Part shown: positions 28,065-40,124 of the stretch, in pieces
Numbering within the stretch: the first letter of the stretch is position 1
Layout of the letters: every line of letters starts with the position of its first letter
Origin: an uncultured delta proteobacterium
Lineage (GTDB): Bacteria; Desulfobacterota; Binatia; HRBIN30; BPIQ01
Direction: 5' to 3'
Assembly: GCA_963761335.1 (NCBI GenBank)
Contig: CAVXGR010000004.1
Span: forward strand, 32,001 to 96,000
Length of the DNA: 64,000 nucleotides
Notes under the pieces: generated by a model
Databases searched by the model: none
The model's input: the letters and a program-made list of their open reading frames with translations, nothing else
What the model was told of the DNA's origin: nothing
Program-made: the position numbers and the translations under genes

Positions 28065-29486
28065 ATGACCACGCGCAGCGATCTGTACTATCGCTCGGCG
28101 ACGGATCTGTCGCAGATGATCCAGGGTGGCGAGCTGTCGCCGGTGGAGCTGATGCAGGCGACTCTGGAGCGCATCGAGGCGGTGAATCCGAAGCTCAACG
28201 CCTTCGTCAGCCTGCGGCCCCCGGAAGATCTGCTGGCGGAGGCGCAAGCGGTCGCCGACCGGCTCGGGCGGGGCGAGTCGCTCGGGCCGCTCGCCGGATT
28301 GCCGCTGGGGGTGAAGGATCTGGAGGAGGCCGCCGGTCTGCCGGTGACCCACGGATCGTTGCTGTTCAAAGACATGGTTGCCGACCACGACACCATTCAA
28401 GTGGAGCGCCTCAAGCGTGCCGGCGCCATCGTCATCGGCAAGACCAACACGCCCGAGTGCGGCTACACGGCCTTCACCAGCAACCGCGTGTACGGGACCA
28501 CGCGCAATCCGTGGAACCTGGAGCGAACTCCGGGCGGCTCGAGCGGCGGCTCGTCGTCGGCAGTTGCCGGCGGCCTGGTGGCGCTGGCGACGGCGTCCGA
28601 CGGCGGCGGCTCGGTGCGCATTCCGGCGAGCTACACGGGCCTGGTCGGCCTCAAGCCGACCAACGGGCGGATTCCCTGGGGCCCGGAGGAGATGCTGCGC
28701 GGCTCGGCGTGCATCGTCAGCGGACCGCTGACGCGCTCGGTGGCCGACGCGGCGCTGTGGCTCGACGTCACCGTCGGCCCCCATCCCCTCGATCCCTACT
28801 CGCTGCCGCATCCGGGCTTCTCCTACCGCGAGATTCTCGACCAGCCGCCGCCGGCGCTGCGCATCGCCTACAACCCCACGCTCGGCTACGCGCGCCTCGA
28901 GTCGCAGGTGCGCCGCGAGGTCGATGCCGGCGTCGCCGCTCTGCAGAAGATCGGGCACCGCGTCGATCTGGTGGAGGAGAAGTTTCCCGACGTGATCATC
29001 GACTGGGTGCGCCTGATGACCGCCGAGGATCTCGGTTTCCTGACGCCGCATCTCGGCGACGAGAGCCTGCTCGACCCCGGCTATCTTCCCGGCCTCAGTC
29101 TGGGGCGCCAGCTGACACCCGAAGGTCTCGGCGAGGTGCAGCGCGTGCGCACCAGTCTGCTTCGCCGCATGGCCGACCTCTTCGCGGATTACGACCTGCT
29201 GGCGACGCCGACGGTGCCGACCGTCGCCTTCGACGCCGAAGGGCCGCTGCCCTTCGAGATCGAGGGCAAGCCCCTGGAGACCCCCGGCGGCGGCATCGCC
29301 TTCACCTATCCGTTCAACTTCTCGGGCAACCCGGCGATCTCGCTGCGTGCCGGTCTGACCGACGAGCGCTTGCCCGTCGGGCTGCAGCTGGTAGCGCCTC
29401 GTCTGCGGGAGGATCTGTTGTTGCGGCTGGCGCGGCAGTACGAGGCGACGCGGCCGTGGAAGAACGAGTGGCCGCGGCTGGGCTAG
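28065..29486 (+). CDS. Amidase signature family protein
   Basis: [37 protein letters not shown]. Confidence 0.95.
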   Translation: MTTRSDLYYRSATDLSQMIQGGELSPVELMQATLERIEAVNPKLNAFVSLRPPEDLLAEAQAVADRLGRGESLGPLAGLPLGVKDLEEAAGLPVTHGSLLFKDMVADHDTIQVERLKRAGAIVIGKTNTPECGYTAFTSNRVYGTTRNPWNLERTPGGSSGGSSSAVAGGLVALATASDGGGSVRIPASYTGLVGLKPTNGRIPWGPEEMLRGSACIVSGPLTRSVADAALWLDVTVGPHPLDPYSLPHPGFSYREILDQPPPALRIAYNPTLGYARLESQVRREVDAGVAALQKIGHRVDLVEEKFPDVIIDWVRLMTAEDLGFLTPHLGDESLLDPGYLPGLSLGRQLTPEGLGEVQRVRTSLLRRMADLFADYDLLATPTVPTVAFDAEGPLPFEIEGKPLETPGGGIAFTYPFNFSGNPAISLRAGLTDERLPVGLQLVAPRLREDLLLRLARQYEATRPWKNEWPRLG

Positions 29487-29500
29487 GTCGCTCTGCGCGA

Positions 29501-29974
29501 GTGGGCGCCGTGTCGTCGGCGCGCGCCGGGGTCTCGCCGGCGGATGCCGCCGGATTGCGCGAGGTGGCCCGCTACCGGGTCATCTTCGGCGACTGTGATC
29601 CGATGCGCATCATGTACTACGGCAGCTACTTTCGGCTCTTCGAGATCGGCCGCGCCGAGCTCTTCCGCCTCCTCGGCCATCCGTTCCCGCGCTACATTGC
29701 CCGCGGCCTCTATCTCGGTGTCATCGAGACGCGCTGTCGCTACCACCGGCCGGCGCGCTACGACGACGATCTGATCATTCGCGCCGGAGTGCTGGAGGTG
29801 GGCAGGGCGCGGCTGGAGATCGGCTACCAGATTTGCGGCGAAGACGGCGTGCTGCTGGCGAGCGGCTCGACGACGCATGCGGTGCTCGACGACGCCGGCC
29901 GCCCACAGCGGATCCCCGCCGAGTTCCGCGCCGCGGCTCAACGCCGTCCCGAGGCGGCGGCCACCGACGAGTGA
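29501..29974 (+). CDS. Acyl-CoA thioesterase (YbgC/4HBT hotdog fold); start uncertain
   Basis: RVIFGDCDPMRIMYYGSYFRLFEIGR, PARYDD. Confidence 0.85.
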   Translation: MGAVSSARAGVSPADAAGLREVARYRVIFGDCDPMRIMYYGSYFRLFEIGRAELFRLLGHPFPRYIARGLYLGVIETRCRYHRPARYDDDLIIRAGVLEVGRARLEIGYQICGEDGVLLASGSTTHAVLDDAGRPQRIPAEFRAAAQRRPEAAATDE

Positions 29975-31122
29975 TGCGTCTGGCGCACCATCCGGCGGCG
30001 CAGCGCTTTGGGCAGCGCCTCGGGCATCTCGGCAAGAACGCCCTCGGCTGGATTCTCGACCGCATTCTGCCGGTGCCTCCCAACTGCGCGCCGGAGACGT
30101 TGCCGGCGGTTCGGCGCGTCCTGCTGGTGCGGCCCAACTTCCGCATCGGCAACACGCTGATGACCACGCCGCTGGTGCTGGCCTTGCGCCGGCGTTTCCC
30201 GCAGGCGCAGCTCGACTATCTCGCCGGAGACAGCACCGCGGTGCTGCTGCGCGGACTTCCCATCGATCGCGTCTACTGCGTGTCGCGGCGCTCGATCGCC
30301 CGTCCCTGGCAGTTCCTCGCCCTCTTCTGGCGGCTGCGGCGGGTCGGCTACGACGTCGCCGTCGAGGCCGGCCTCGGATCGTTCTCCGGCGCTCTCTACG
30401 CCTATCTCTGCGGCGCCCGCTATCGCATCGGCTGCAGCGGCCGCGGCGATCGCTTCCTGAACGTGCGCCTGCCACCGTTCCCGGTGGCCCACGTCTACGA
30501 CAGCCCGGTTGCCTTTGCGCGTCTGCTGGGCAGCGATTGCCCCGACGCGCCCGTCTACCAAGTGCTCGATGACGAGAAGGCGGTGGCCCGCCGCATTCTC
30601 GCCGGCCTCGGTCTGATGCGCGGCGAGGTCGCGGCGCCATTCGCGGCAGTGTTCATCGGCGGCCATCAGGACAAGCGCTGGCCGGCGGAGCAATGGCTCG
30701 AGCTCGGTCGCGAGCTCGTCGCTGCTGGAGGGCGACTGCTGATGTTTCTCGGCCCGGAGGAGCTGGGACTCGAGGAGCGACTGCGACGGGAGCTGCCGGC
30801 GGCGGTGCGCCTTCTCCGCCCGCAGCCGCTGCGCACATTTGCCGCCATCCTGGCCGAGTCGCGTCTGGTGATCACTCCCGACTCGGGGCCGATGCACCTG
30901 GCGGCGGCGCTCGGTGTGCCGATGATCGCCCTCCTGCAGACCCAGCAGTCGCAGCTCTACCGGCCGCGGCGCGAGCACGACCGCGCCCTCATGGGCCCAA
31001 CCGTGGCACAGGCGGTCGCCGCCGTCACTGCGCACCCGAGCTGGGAGGGGCTGGCCGACACAGGAAGAAAAGAGAATGGAGAATGGAGAACCGGTGATGG
31101 AGAATTGAGAACCGGTCAATGA
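29974..31122 (+). CDS. Glycosyltransferase family 9 (heptosyltransferase-like)
   Basis: RIGNTLMTTP, KRWP, DSGPMHLAAALG. The last ~17 codons are read through an intergenic-type repeat. Confidence 0.9.
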   Translation: MRLAHHPAAQRFGQRLGHLGKNALGWILDRILPVPPNCAPETLPAVRRVLLVRPNFRIGNTLMTTPLVLALRRRFPQAQLDYLAGDSTAVLLRGLPIDRVYCVSRRSIARPWQFLALFWRLRRVGYDVAVEAGLGSFSGALYAYLCGARYRIGCSGRGDRFLNVRLPPFPVAHVYDSPVAFARLLGSDCPDAPVYQVLDDEKAVARRILAGLGLMRGEVAAPFAAVFIGGHQDKRWPAEQWLELGRELVAAGGRLLMFLGPEELGLEERLRRELPAAVRLLRPQPLRTFAAILAESRLVITPDSGPMHLAAALGVPMIALLQTQQSQLYRPRREHDRALMGPTVAQAVAAVTAHPSWEGLADTGRKENGEWRTGDGELRTGQ

Positions 31123-31200
31123 CGGGCCCCTCGCGAATCTAGTTCACCCCGTTCACCGGTTCTCCATTCTCCATCACCGGTTTTTCATTCTCCATTCTCT
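31071..31200. repeat. GAGAATG / CATTCTC long inverted repeat (possible bidirectional terminator)
   Basis: About 45-bp near-perfect arms at 31071-31116 and 31156-31200 between convergent genes. Confidence 0.85.
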
Positions 31201-31206
31201 TCTCTT

Positions 31207-32613
31207 TCAGGCGGCGGGGTTGTCGGCGGGGACGCGCACGTCGATGCCGTGGCGGATGCTGCGCGGATTCTTCCAACCATTCAGCTTTATCAACGTCTGC
31301 ACCGAGGTGCCGAAGCGGCGTGCGATCGACCAGGCGGTGTCGCCGCGCCGCACGCGGTAGATCGTGGTTGGCGCCGCATGTGCGATGCGCCGGCGGCGCC
31401 GCGGCGCCGCTTCGGCCACCGCCGTGCCGCCGCCGGGAATGTGGGCGTAGGTGCCGGCGCGTATGCTGCGGGCGCTCTTCCAGTGGTTGGCCCGCATCAG
31501 GGCGTGGACGGAGATCCCGAAGCGCTTGGCGATCCCGCTCGGTGAATCACCGCGCCGGATCTTGTAACGACCCTCGGTGCTGGCGATCATCGCCGGCTCC
31601 GCGTCGCGCGCCTCGCGGATCATCTCGGCATAGGCGACGACGAACTGCTCCTTGGTGCCCTCCGGCACGCGCACCCGATAGCCGCCCGGGTCGGGCGGGG
31701 TGACGCCGCGAAGCAGCTGCGGATTGAGCTCCTTGATCTCCTTTACCGAGACGCCGGCGAGCTTGGCGACGGCGCGCAGCGGCAGCGAGCGCTTCACCTT
31801 CACGTTGTCATAGCGCAGCGGCTGCAGATCGGGAGGCTCGAAGCCGTAATCTCCGGGGGAGCGGGCGATCTCCAAGGCGGCGAGGAACTGGGGCACGTAG
31901 TTCTGCGTCTCCGGAACCAGGTAGCCGCCGTCGGCCATATCCCAGAAATTGTCGGAGCCGCTCTTGTCGAGCATCCGGGCGACGCGGAACTCGCCGGTGT
32001 TGTAGGCGGCGAGGGAGAGATGCCAGCTGCCGAACATCTCGTAGAGATCGCGCAGATAGTGCGCCGCCGCGCGCGTCGACTTGACGGGGTCACGCCGCTC
32101 GTCGACGTAGCGGTCGATGCGCAGGCCGTAGCGGCGTCCGGTCTCGCGAATGAACTGCCAGGGGCCCACCGCGCCGGCGCGCGACACCGCCTCGGGGCGA
32201 AAGCCGCTCTCGATGATCGGCAGGTAGGCGAGCTCGGTCGGCATGCCCTCCTCGCGGAGAATCGCGGTGATCTCCGGCAGGTACTTGCCGGAGCGATCGA
32301 GGGCATTCTGAAAGAAGTTGCGGGAGCGGGTCTCGAAGGTTTCGACGAAATCGTTGACGCGGGGATGATCGACGCTGAACTCGGGGTCGGAGGGTCTGAC
32401 TTTCTTCCAGCTGAGCTGATTGGACGCCTGGCTCGAGTTCGGTGTCCCGTCGGGAGCGCGCATGTTCCACGTTCCCTCGAGCTTCGCCGCGGGCGGGTTC
32501 TTGGGGTGACCGAGCCTTCCCACCAGCGGAATGGACGCCGTGCAACCGGAAATGAATGTCAGTGTGATGACCGCCGCCAGGAAGCGGCGCGGGAAACGCG
32601 GTAGGCTCCGCAT
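31207..32613 (-). CDS. MltD-like lytic murein transglycosylase with LysM domains (lipoprotein)
   Basis: Lipobox ISGC; LPIIESGF, AVGPWQF, LAAYNTG, ETQNYVP; LysM repeats YKIRRGDS and YRVRRGDT. Confidence 0.92.
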   Translation of the reverse strand: MRSLPRFPRRFLAAVITLTFISGCTASIPLVGRLGHPKNPPAAKLEGTWNMRAPDGTPNSSQASNQLSWKKVRPSDPEFSVDHPRVNDFVETFETRSRNFFQNALDRSGKYLPEITAILREEGMPTELAYLPIIESGFRPEAVSRAGAVGPWQFIRETGRRYGLRIDRYVDERRDPVKSTRAAAHYLRDLYEMFGSWHLSLAAYNTGEFRVARMLDKSGSDNFWDMADGGYLVPETQNYVPQFLAALEIARSPGDYGFEPPDLQPLRYDNVKVKRSLPLRAVAKLAGVSVKEIKELNPQLLRGVTPPDPGGYRVRVPEGTKEQFVVAYAEMIREARDAEPAMIASTEGRYKIRRGDSPSGIAKRFGISVHALMRANHWKSARSIRAGTYAHIPGGGTAVAEAAPRRRRRIAHAAPTTIYRVRRGDTAWSIARRFGTSVQTLIKLNGWKNPRSIRHGIDVRVPADNPAA

Positions 32614-32887
32614 CGGTTCCTCCCTCCCTCTCACGTCCGTCGTCTGGGTGGGGAAGAGCCGCAGGCGCCCTCAGACGACTTCCCCATCATGTGTCTTCTG
32701 TCGATTGTCTTGCTCCTGTCCCGCTCGCTGCCGTGGTCAGCTCACGATGCGCTCCGGAACCAACGACCCCGAAAGGACATATTCGCTCTCACCATCGAAA
32801 TCAAGTGTTAATGCTCCGGTAAACAGATCGTTCAAGAAGTTTCCCCGGCGTTTGCACCTCGCTGATGCTTCGAGTACGCCGGCTCTG

Positions 32888-33802
<915 letters not shown>

Positions 33803-33975
33803 GCGCGCCGCGGGCGCCGGGTGCCGTTTCCCGGCGCCAACAGAGGGAACAGCGTTACCAGTTTGCCAGCCGGTGACTTGCGGGACTGCAATTCATCTGG
33901 CGGGTGTCGGAGAGCGAGGGCTCGTTTTTTCAGGGATATGGAGCCACCAAGAGTCGACCGCTCCCTGGCGCGGCA

Positions 33976-36900
33976 ATGGCACGTAAACTGCTCCAAAACG
34001 GCTCGAAGATCCGTATGAAGCAGCTCGATCTCGGCATACCGTCCCGCAGTCGCTCCACCGCCATCACCCCGGTGCTCGCCTCCCTGCGCTCCCACTTCCG
34101 CGGATCGCTGGCCCTGGTGCTTCTGCTGAGCGGCGTCCTCGGAGTCTTCGCTCCGCGCTCCGCGCTCGCCACTTCGATCATCGCCATGAGCGATCAGCAG
34201 CTGGCGCTGTCCTCGGCCTATGTGGTCACCGGCACGGTGGTGAGCATCGAGTCGGCGGCTGAGCCGGATCAACCGATCTATACCTACATCGACATCGCGC
34301 CCGAGAGGGTCCTGAAGGGCAATCTGCCGCTCGAGACCTTCTTTCTCAAGGAGCTCGGCGGCGCGGTCGACGGACGGCAGGAGTGGATCTTTGGCTCGCC
34401 GGAGTACTCCGTCGGCGAGCACGTGCTCCTCTTCATCGACCAGCGCCGCGACGGCACGCTGCGCACCTCGCAGCTGTCGCTCGGAAAGTTCATCCTGGCG
34501 ACGGACGCGTCCGGGAATCAGACGGTGCAGCAAGACATCGGCTACGGCGCCAGCGTCTACACGGCGTTCGACGGGAGCTTTCAGCCGAGCGCCGCTCCGC
34601 AGGCGGAGATGCTCTCGGACATGATCGACACGATCGACAGCGTCGCCGAGGACAGCACCGGTCCGTACAGCGCTCCGGAGACGGTTCCCGCGGAGGTCTG
34701 GCAGGACATTCCCCGCGAGTTCCGCGACTCGTACGTCTTTCTCGGTAGCCCGTCTCGATGGTTCGACTCCGACAACGGCGGTACGGTCTATTACAGCGTC
34801 GATTCCACGGGCGACTCGAAGCTCGGCCTGACCTCGTCGCGCGCCGCGGTCGACAGCGCCCTGGCCGCCTGGACCGACGTATCCACCGCCAGCCTGAAGC
34901 TCGCGGACGGTGGCCTGACGTCGCCGGTCCCCTTCAACGGCTGCAGCGGCGTCAATCGAGTGATTTTCAACGACCCGTACAACGACGTGCAGGACCCGTC
35001 CGGTTGTGCCGGGACTCTCGCCATCGGCGGCTTCTGCAGCACGTACAACACCAAGACGATCAATGGCACCGTTTTCAACCAGATCACTTTTGGAAAGGTG
35101 ACCTTCAACAACGGCTGGAGCGCCTGCTCGGGCTGGACCCAGTGCAACGTGGCGGAAGTGGCGACCCACGAGCTCGGACACACGATCGGCTTCGGCCATT
35201 CCGCCGACAACGACTCCATCATGCGCGCCTACGCGCATTTCGACGGTCGCTGCGCCACCCTCGCCGCTGACGACATCGCCGCCGTCACCTTCGCCTATCC
35301 GCTGATGGGCACGCCGGCTCCGACCAGCACCTTCACTGTCTCGCCGACGCCGACGATCACGCCGACGCGCACGCTGACGCCGCTACCGCCGACGGCGACA
35401 CCGACGAAGACGCCGACTCGTACCGTGACGCCGACGATCACGCGCACCTCGACCCCGACGCAGACGCCGACGCGCACCGCCACACCGTCGCGAACACCCA
35501 CATCGACGCTCACCCCCACCAGGACGCCGACGCAGACGCCGGTGCCGCCGACGGCGACGCGCACCAACTCGCCGGCACCGACCTCGACACGTACCAGCGT
35601 GCCGACGTCGACGAGCTCGGCGACCGCCACAGGGACGGCCACTCCGGCGCCGCCGACGCTGACGCCGACGACGACCCACACGGCGGCGCCGACGTCCACC
35701 GCCACGCACACGGCGACACCAACCCACACCGTGCCGGCGACGCCGACCGGAACCAACACGACCGTGCCGACGGTGACGCAGACGAATACCGCCGTACCAA
35801 CGGCGACGCAGACGAATACCGGCGTACCGACGGCGACCCGAACCAATACGGCGGTGCCGCCGACGCTGACCCACACTCCGGTGCCGACGCTGACCTCCAC
35901 GGCGGTGCCGCCGACGCTGACCCACACTCCGGTGCCGACGCTGACCTCCACGGCGGTGCCGCCGACGCTGACCCACACTCCGGTGCCGACGCTGACCTTC
36001 ACGTCAGTGCCGCCGACGCTGACCCACACACCGGTGCCGACGCTGACCTTCACGGCGGTGCCACCGACACTGACCCGGACCTCCGTGCCCTCTTCGACGC
36101 GCACGGCGACGGCCCTGCCGAGCAGCACACCGACGACCTCGTCCGGCGGAACCGTCGACCTGGCACTCGGCCAGTCGGCGTCGCAGTCGAGCACCCTCGC
36201 CGGAAGCGCCGCGAGCCGCGCCGTCGACGGCAACACCGACGGCAACTGGTCCGCCAGCTCGGTGACCCACACCGACTACGACTACAACGCCTGGTGGCAG
36301 GTCGACCTCGGCTCCGTGCAGCCGATCTCCAGCATCGACATCTGGCCGCGCACGGATTGTTGCTCCAGCCGCCTCTCGGCCTTCTACGTCTTCGTGTCCG
36401 ACACCCCCTTCATCTCGACCTCGGTCAGTACGACCCTGGTGCAGCCCGGTGTCTCGGCTTATTACATGGCCGGTGCCGCGGTCGACGTCACCTCGTTCGG
36501 CATTGGGCGCACCGGGCGCTACGTCCGCGTTCAGCTGAGCGGCGATAACTATCTCTCCCTCGCCGAGGTGCAGGTCTGGAAGGCCGACGGCGCGTTCCCA
36601 CCGACGGCGACGGCGACCCCGGGCAGCACCTCGGAGAACCTGGCGGAAGGGCAGGCGGCGTCGCAGTCGAGCACCATCGTCGGGGCCGACGCCTCGCGCG
36701 CCGTGGACGGCTCCTTCGACGGGAACTTCAACGACGGCTCCGTCACCCACACCAACAACGACGCGCAGGCATGGTGGCAGGTCGACCTCGGCGCCGTTGC
36801 CGACATCAGCTCCATCGACGTGTGGCCGCGCACCGACTGCTGCAGCGATCGCTTGAGCGACTTCTACGTCTTCGTTTCCGACACCCCCTTCACCTCGAAC

Positions 36901-38166
36901 GGCGTGCTGCAGACGCTGGCTCAGAGCGGTGTCTCGAGCTACTTCCACTCCGGCATCTCCGATGAGCCGACGCAGGTGGTGGTTGGCCGCAGCGGTCGCT
37001 ACGTGCGCGTGCAGCTGAGCGGACAGAACTATCTCTCCCTGGCCGAGGTTCAGGTCTGGGGAGCCATCGACGGCGGCTCGGGCTCGACACCGACGCCCAC
37101 CTCGGCGGCGGTGCCGACCGACACGCCGGCGGGCGGCGGTGACGACATCGCCTTCGGCAAGGCGGTGACCCAGTCGAGCACCGGCTTCGGGGGCGTGCCG
37201 GAGCGCGCCGCCGACGGCAACACCGACGGCAACTGGGCGGACGGCTCCGTCACGCACACGCTGCTGGATACCAATCCCTGGTGGCAGGTCGATCTCGGCG
37301 CCGTGGAGCCGGTCGGCACCATCGACATCTGGCCGCGCACCGACTGCTGCGGCGACCGCCTCGCGGCCTTCTGGGTGTTCGTCTCGCAGGAGCCGTTCAC
37401 CTCGGGCGATCTCAATACGACCCTGGGCCAGCCGGGTGTGCTGTCGTACTTTCACGAGGCGGCCGCCGGCATGCCGACGACGATCGACGTCTATGACCTC
37501 GGTCGCTACGTGCGCGTACAGCTGAGCTCCACCGACTACCTGTCTCTCACCGAGGTGCAGGTGTGGCGCGATCAGGGCGGCGGCGAGCCGCCGACGCCGA
37601 CCTTCACGCCGACTCCGACACCGACGTCGGCCAGCGGCGATCTCGCCCTCGGCGCCGCGGCATCCCAGTCGAGCACGCTGGATGGTGCGGTGGCCTCGCG
37701 GGGCGTCGACGGCGACACCAACGGCGCCTGGTCACACGGCTCGATCACGCACACGCAGCTCGATGCCCAGGCCTGGTGGGAGGTCGACCTCGGCGCCGTC
37801 GAGGCGCTCGACTCGGTCGACGTCTGGGGCCGCACCGACTGCTGCGCCGACCGGCTGAGCGACTTCTACGTGCTGGTCTCGGATGTGCCGTTCGCATCCA
37901 CCGATCTCTCGGCGACGCTGGCGCAGAGCGGGGTGAGGAGCTTCCACGTTCCCGGCCAGGTCGGCAGCCCGACGACGCTCGCGGTCGGCGGCACGGGCCG
38001 CTACGTGCGCGTGCAGCTGAGCGGCACGAGTTACCTGTCGCTCGCCGAGGTGCAGGTATGGCAGGCGGCGGCGCCGTCGCAGGTCGCCCCTGCGGTGCGC
38101 CCGAAGCGCCCCCACAGCCCCCATCGAGTGAAGAGCGCCGTTCGCCCCCGCCCCCGTCACCGGTAA
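33976..38166 (+). CDS. Secreted matrixin-like zinc metalloprotease with a Thr/Pro-rich stalk and four F-type (fucose-binding) lectin domains
   Basis: [11 protein letters not shown] plus Met-turn SIM; about 280-aa T/P linker; four repeats of [43 protein letters not shown]. The start may be 34015. Confidence 0.88.
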   Translation: MARKLLQNGSKIRMKQLDLGIPSRSRSTAITPVLASLRSHFRGSLALVLLLSGVLGVFAPRSALATSIIAMSDQQLALSSAYVVTGTVVSIESAAEPDQPIYTYIDIAPERVLKGNLPLETFFLKELGGAVDGRQEWIFGSPEYSVGEHVLLFIDQRRDGTLRTSQLSLGKFILATDASGNQTVQQDIGYGASVYTAFDGSFQPSAAPQAEMLSDMIDTIDSVAEDSTGPYSAPETVPAEVWQDIPREFRDSYVFLGSPSRWFDSDNGGTVYYSVDSTGDSKLGLTSSRAAVDSALAAWTDVSTASLKLADGGLTSPVPFNGCSGVNRVIFNDPYNDVQDPSGCAGTLAIGGFCSTYNTKTINGTVFNQITFGKVTFNNGWSACSGWTQCNVAEVATHELGHTIGFGHSADNDSIMRAYAHFDGRCATLAADDIAAVTFAYPLMGTPAPTSTFTVSPTPTITPTRTLTPLPPTATPTKTPTRTVTPTITRTSTPTQTPTRTATPSRTPTSTLTPTRTPTQTPVPPTATRTNSPAPTSTRTSVPTSTSSATATGTATPAPPTLTPTTTHTAAPTSTATHTATPTHTVPATPTGTNTTVPTVTQTNTAVPTATQTNTGVPTATRTNTAVPPTLTHTPVPTLTSTAVPPTLTHTPVPTLTSTAVPPTLTHTPVPTLTFTSVPPTLTHTPVPTLTFTAVPPTLTRTSVPSSTRTATALPSSTPTTSSGGTVDLALGQSASQSSTLAGSAASRAVDGNTDGNWSASSVTHTDYDYNAWWQVDLGSVQPISSIDIWPRTDCCSSRLSAFYVFVSDTPFISTSVSTTLVQPGVSAYYMAGAAVDVTSFGIGRTGRYVRVQLSGDNYLSLAEVQVWKADGAFPPTATATPGSTSENLAEGQAASQSSTIVGADASRAVDGSFDGNFNDGSVTHTNNDAQAWWQVDLGAVADISSIDVWPRTDCCSDRLSDFYVFVSDTPFTSNGVLQTLAQSGVSSYFHSGISDEPTQVVVGRSGRYVRVQLSGQNYLSLAEVQVWGAIDGGSGSTPTPTSAAVPTDTPAGGGDDIAFGKAVTQSSTGFGGVPERAADGNTDGNWADGSVTHTLLDTNPWWQVDLGAVEPVGTIDIWPRTDCCGDRLAAFWVFVSQEPFTSGDLNTTLGQPGVLSYFHEAAAGMPTTIDVYDLGRYVRVQLSSTDYLSLTEVQVWRDQGGGEPPTPTFTPTPTPTSASGDLALGAAASQSSTLDGAVASRGVDGDTNGAWSHGSITHTQLDAQAWWEVDLGAVEALDSVDVWGRTDCCADRLSDFYVLVSDVPFASTDLSATLAQSGVRSFHVPGQVGSPTTLAVGGTGRYVRVQLSGTSYLSLAEVQVWQAAAPSQVAPAVRPKRPHSPHRVKSAVRPRPRHR
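35848..36075 (+). repeat. 51-bp coding tandem repeat ([17 protein letters not shown]), about 4.5 copies
   Basis: Near-identical DNA units within the stalk of the metalloprotease gene. Confidence 0.85.
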
Positions 38167-38187
38167 TCGGGGACAACCGAGACGCCG

Positions 38188-38611
38188 CTTCGAAAATCTG
38201 TTGGGTGAAGGTCTGGCGGAGCCTCGGCACTTGGTGTGGAGCTCATCGCCCCGGAGGGGCGCGGGCATGTAGCCCCGGGTGTTAACCCGGGGACTGCGTT
38301 CCGATTGGCCCAGATCAGCGCCCCGGAGGGGCGCAGGCGTAGAGGCCGCGTCAATCACGTCCATGAGCCTCCCATGCACCCCAGCGGTGATCATCGGCGT
38401 ACAGGCGCGGCATCGACGAAAATCTGCCCGCGCCCCTGGCGGGGCGCCTATGACGGACCGTGCATTTTTCCCCGGGTTTCACCCGGGGCTACACGCCACC
38501 GGCCCTCCGGGGCGAATTCGCCGAGGCCAGAACCGGCAAATCTCTTCCCGGTCAGAACCCTGGCCTCATTTTCATCGTCTGCTGGCGAGCCGCAAGGCTC
38601 ATGACGCACTG
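38188..38611 (+). mobile_element. Non-autonomous REP-carrying element inserted in a GTAG-REP arm
   Basis: CGAGACGCC-GCTTC-GAAAATCTG...CATGACGCACT-GCTTC-TAC. Removing it restores CGAGACGCCGCTTCTAC, identical to 26859-26875. Confidence 0.85.
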
Positions 38612-38623
38612 CTTCTACATTCG

Positions 38624-38836
38624 GGGTGTTGAGGTGTTGGCTGTTGGGGGCCCCTCAACACCTCAACACCTCAACACCGAGCACCTCAACCCCCGATCAT
38701 TCTCATTCTCATTCCCGGTCCTCATTCCGTCGTTCTCCATTGTCCTGCGAGGCGGCTGAGAATCGATGAGCTCCCGGGCCACGCGCGGCTGTCAGAGCGA
38801 ATGGAAAACGACGGAACGAGAACCGGGAATGAGAAT
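38624..38836. repeat. GGTGTTGA/TCAACACC array followed by a CATTCTC...GAGAATG hairpin
   Basis: The second hairpin (about 38697-38836) is homologous to 50579-50723. Confidence 0.8.
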
Positions 38837-38907
38837 GGCCACAAGAATGGCCCGCCACCTTGCCCACCCATCGCCGCTGCGCTAGCAGAGGGGGCGGGGG
38901 AGGATCG

Positions 38908-40122
38908 ATGAGCAAGGTCGTGGTTCTCGGCGGCTGCGGTGCCGTCGGCAGTGTCGCGGCGCGCACCTTGGCGGCGCGCCCGGAGTTCGAGCAGGTGGTG
39001 ATCGGCGATATGAACGCCGAGCGCGCCGCGCAGCTGGCCGCGGAGCTGGGCAGCAAGGTCTCGGTCGCCGAGGTCGACGCCGGCAGCGCCGCCAGCGTGC
39101 GGCGGGCAATCGCCGGCAGCGACGTCGTCCTCAACTGCGTCGGCCCCTTCTACAAGACGGTCAAGACCGTGCTCGGGGCGGTGATCGAGGAGCGGCTGAG
39201 CTACGTCGACATCTGCGACGACGCCGACGTGACTCTCGAGATTCTCGGCATGGACAGCGCTGCCAAGAGCGCCGGCATCACCGCGCTGATCGGCATGGGC
39301 GCCTCACCGGGCGCCACCAATCTGCTGGCCAAGTACATCGCCGACACGCAGCTCGACGAGACCGACTCGATCGACATCTTCCACTGCCATGGAGGCGAGC
39401 CGATCGAGGGCCCCGGCGTCATCGGCCACCGCTTCCACTGCATGAGCATCGAGATCCCCATGTTCCTCGACGGCAAGCTGGTTCACGTCGACTACTTCGG
39501 CGAGGACGGCATCGCCCTGCGCCAGACGTTCGACTTTCCCGTGCTCGGGCCGACGCCGATCTTTCCCTATCCGCATCCCGAGCAGCTGACGCTGCCGCGC
39601 TTCCTGAATGTGCGTCAGGTGACCAACAAGGGCTCGGTGCTGCCGATCGACTACTATCAGCTGACCGCGGAGCTGTGCCGTCTCGGCCTCTCCAGCCGCG
39701 AGCCGCTCGAGGTCGGTAGCCAATCGGTGGTGCCCTATGACTTCGCCGTCGCCTATCTCATTCGCGAGCGCGAGCGCCTGCTGCGCGAGGCGAAGTTTGG
39801 ATCGCAGCGCGGCTGCATGTCGGTGGTCGTCAAGGGCCGCAAGGACGGCGCGCCGCGCGAGGTGCGGGTGCACATGGCCTCGCGCGAGAGCGGCCTCGGC
39901 GAAGGGACGGGCATTCCCGCCGCGCTCGGGGTGATGCTCATGCAGCGCGGCAGCATCACCGCCAAAGGCGTGCTGCCGCCCGAGGGCTGCGTCGATCCGG
40001 CGGAGTTCATCGCCCTGTCGACCGAGGTGATGCTCGGCACGCGCCGCGGTGGCAAGAGCTCGACGGCGATCTTCTTCGAGACCGTCAGCGCCGACGGCTC
40101 GGTGAGCCGCATGGAGATCTGA
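38908..40122 (+). CDS. Saccharopine dehydrogenase-like NAD(P)-dependent oxidoreductase
   Basis: VVVLGGCGAVG, NCVGPF, YVDICDD, GMGASPG, HPE, GVLPPE. Confidence 0.88.
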   Translation: MSKVVVLGGCGAVGSVAARTLAARPEFEQVVIGDMNAERAAQLAAELGSKVSVAEVDAGSAASVRRAIAGSDVVLNCVGPFYKTVKTVLGAVIEERLSYVDICDDADVTLEILGMDSAAKSAGITALIGMGASPGATNLLAKYIADTQLDETDSIDIFHCHGGEPIEGPGVIGHRFHCMSIEIPMFLDGKLVHVDYFGEDGIALRQTFDFPVLGPTPIFPYPHPEQLTLPRFLNVRQVTNKGSVLPIDYYQLTAELCRLGLSSREPLEVGSQSVVPYDFAVAYLIRERERLLREAKFGSQRGCMSVVVKGRKDGAPREVRVHMASRESGLGEGTGIPAALGVMLMQRGSITAKGVLPPEGCVDPAEFIALSTEVMLGTRRGGKSSTAIFFETVSADGSVSRMEI

Positions 40123-40124
40123 CT

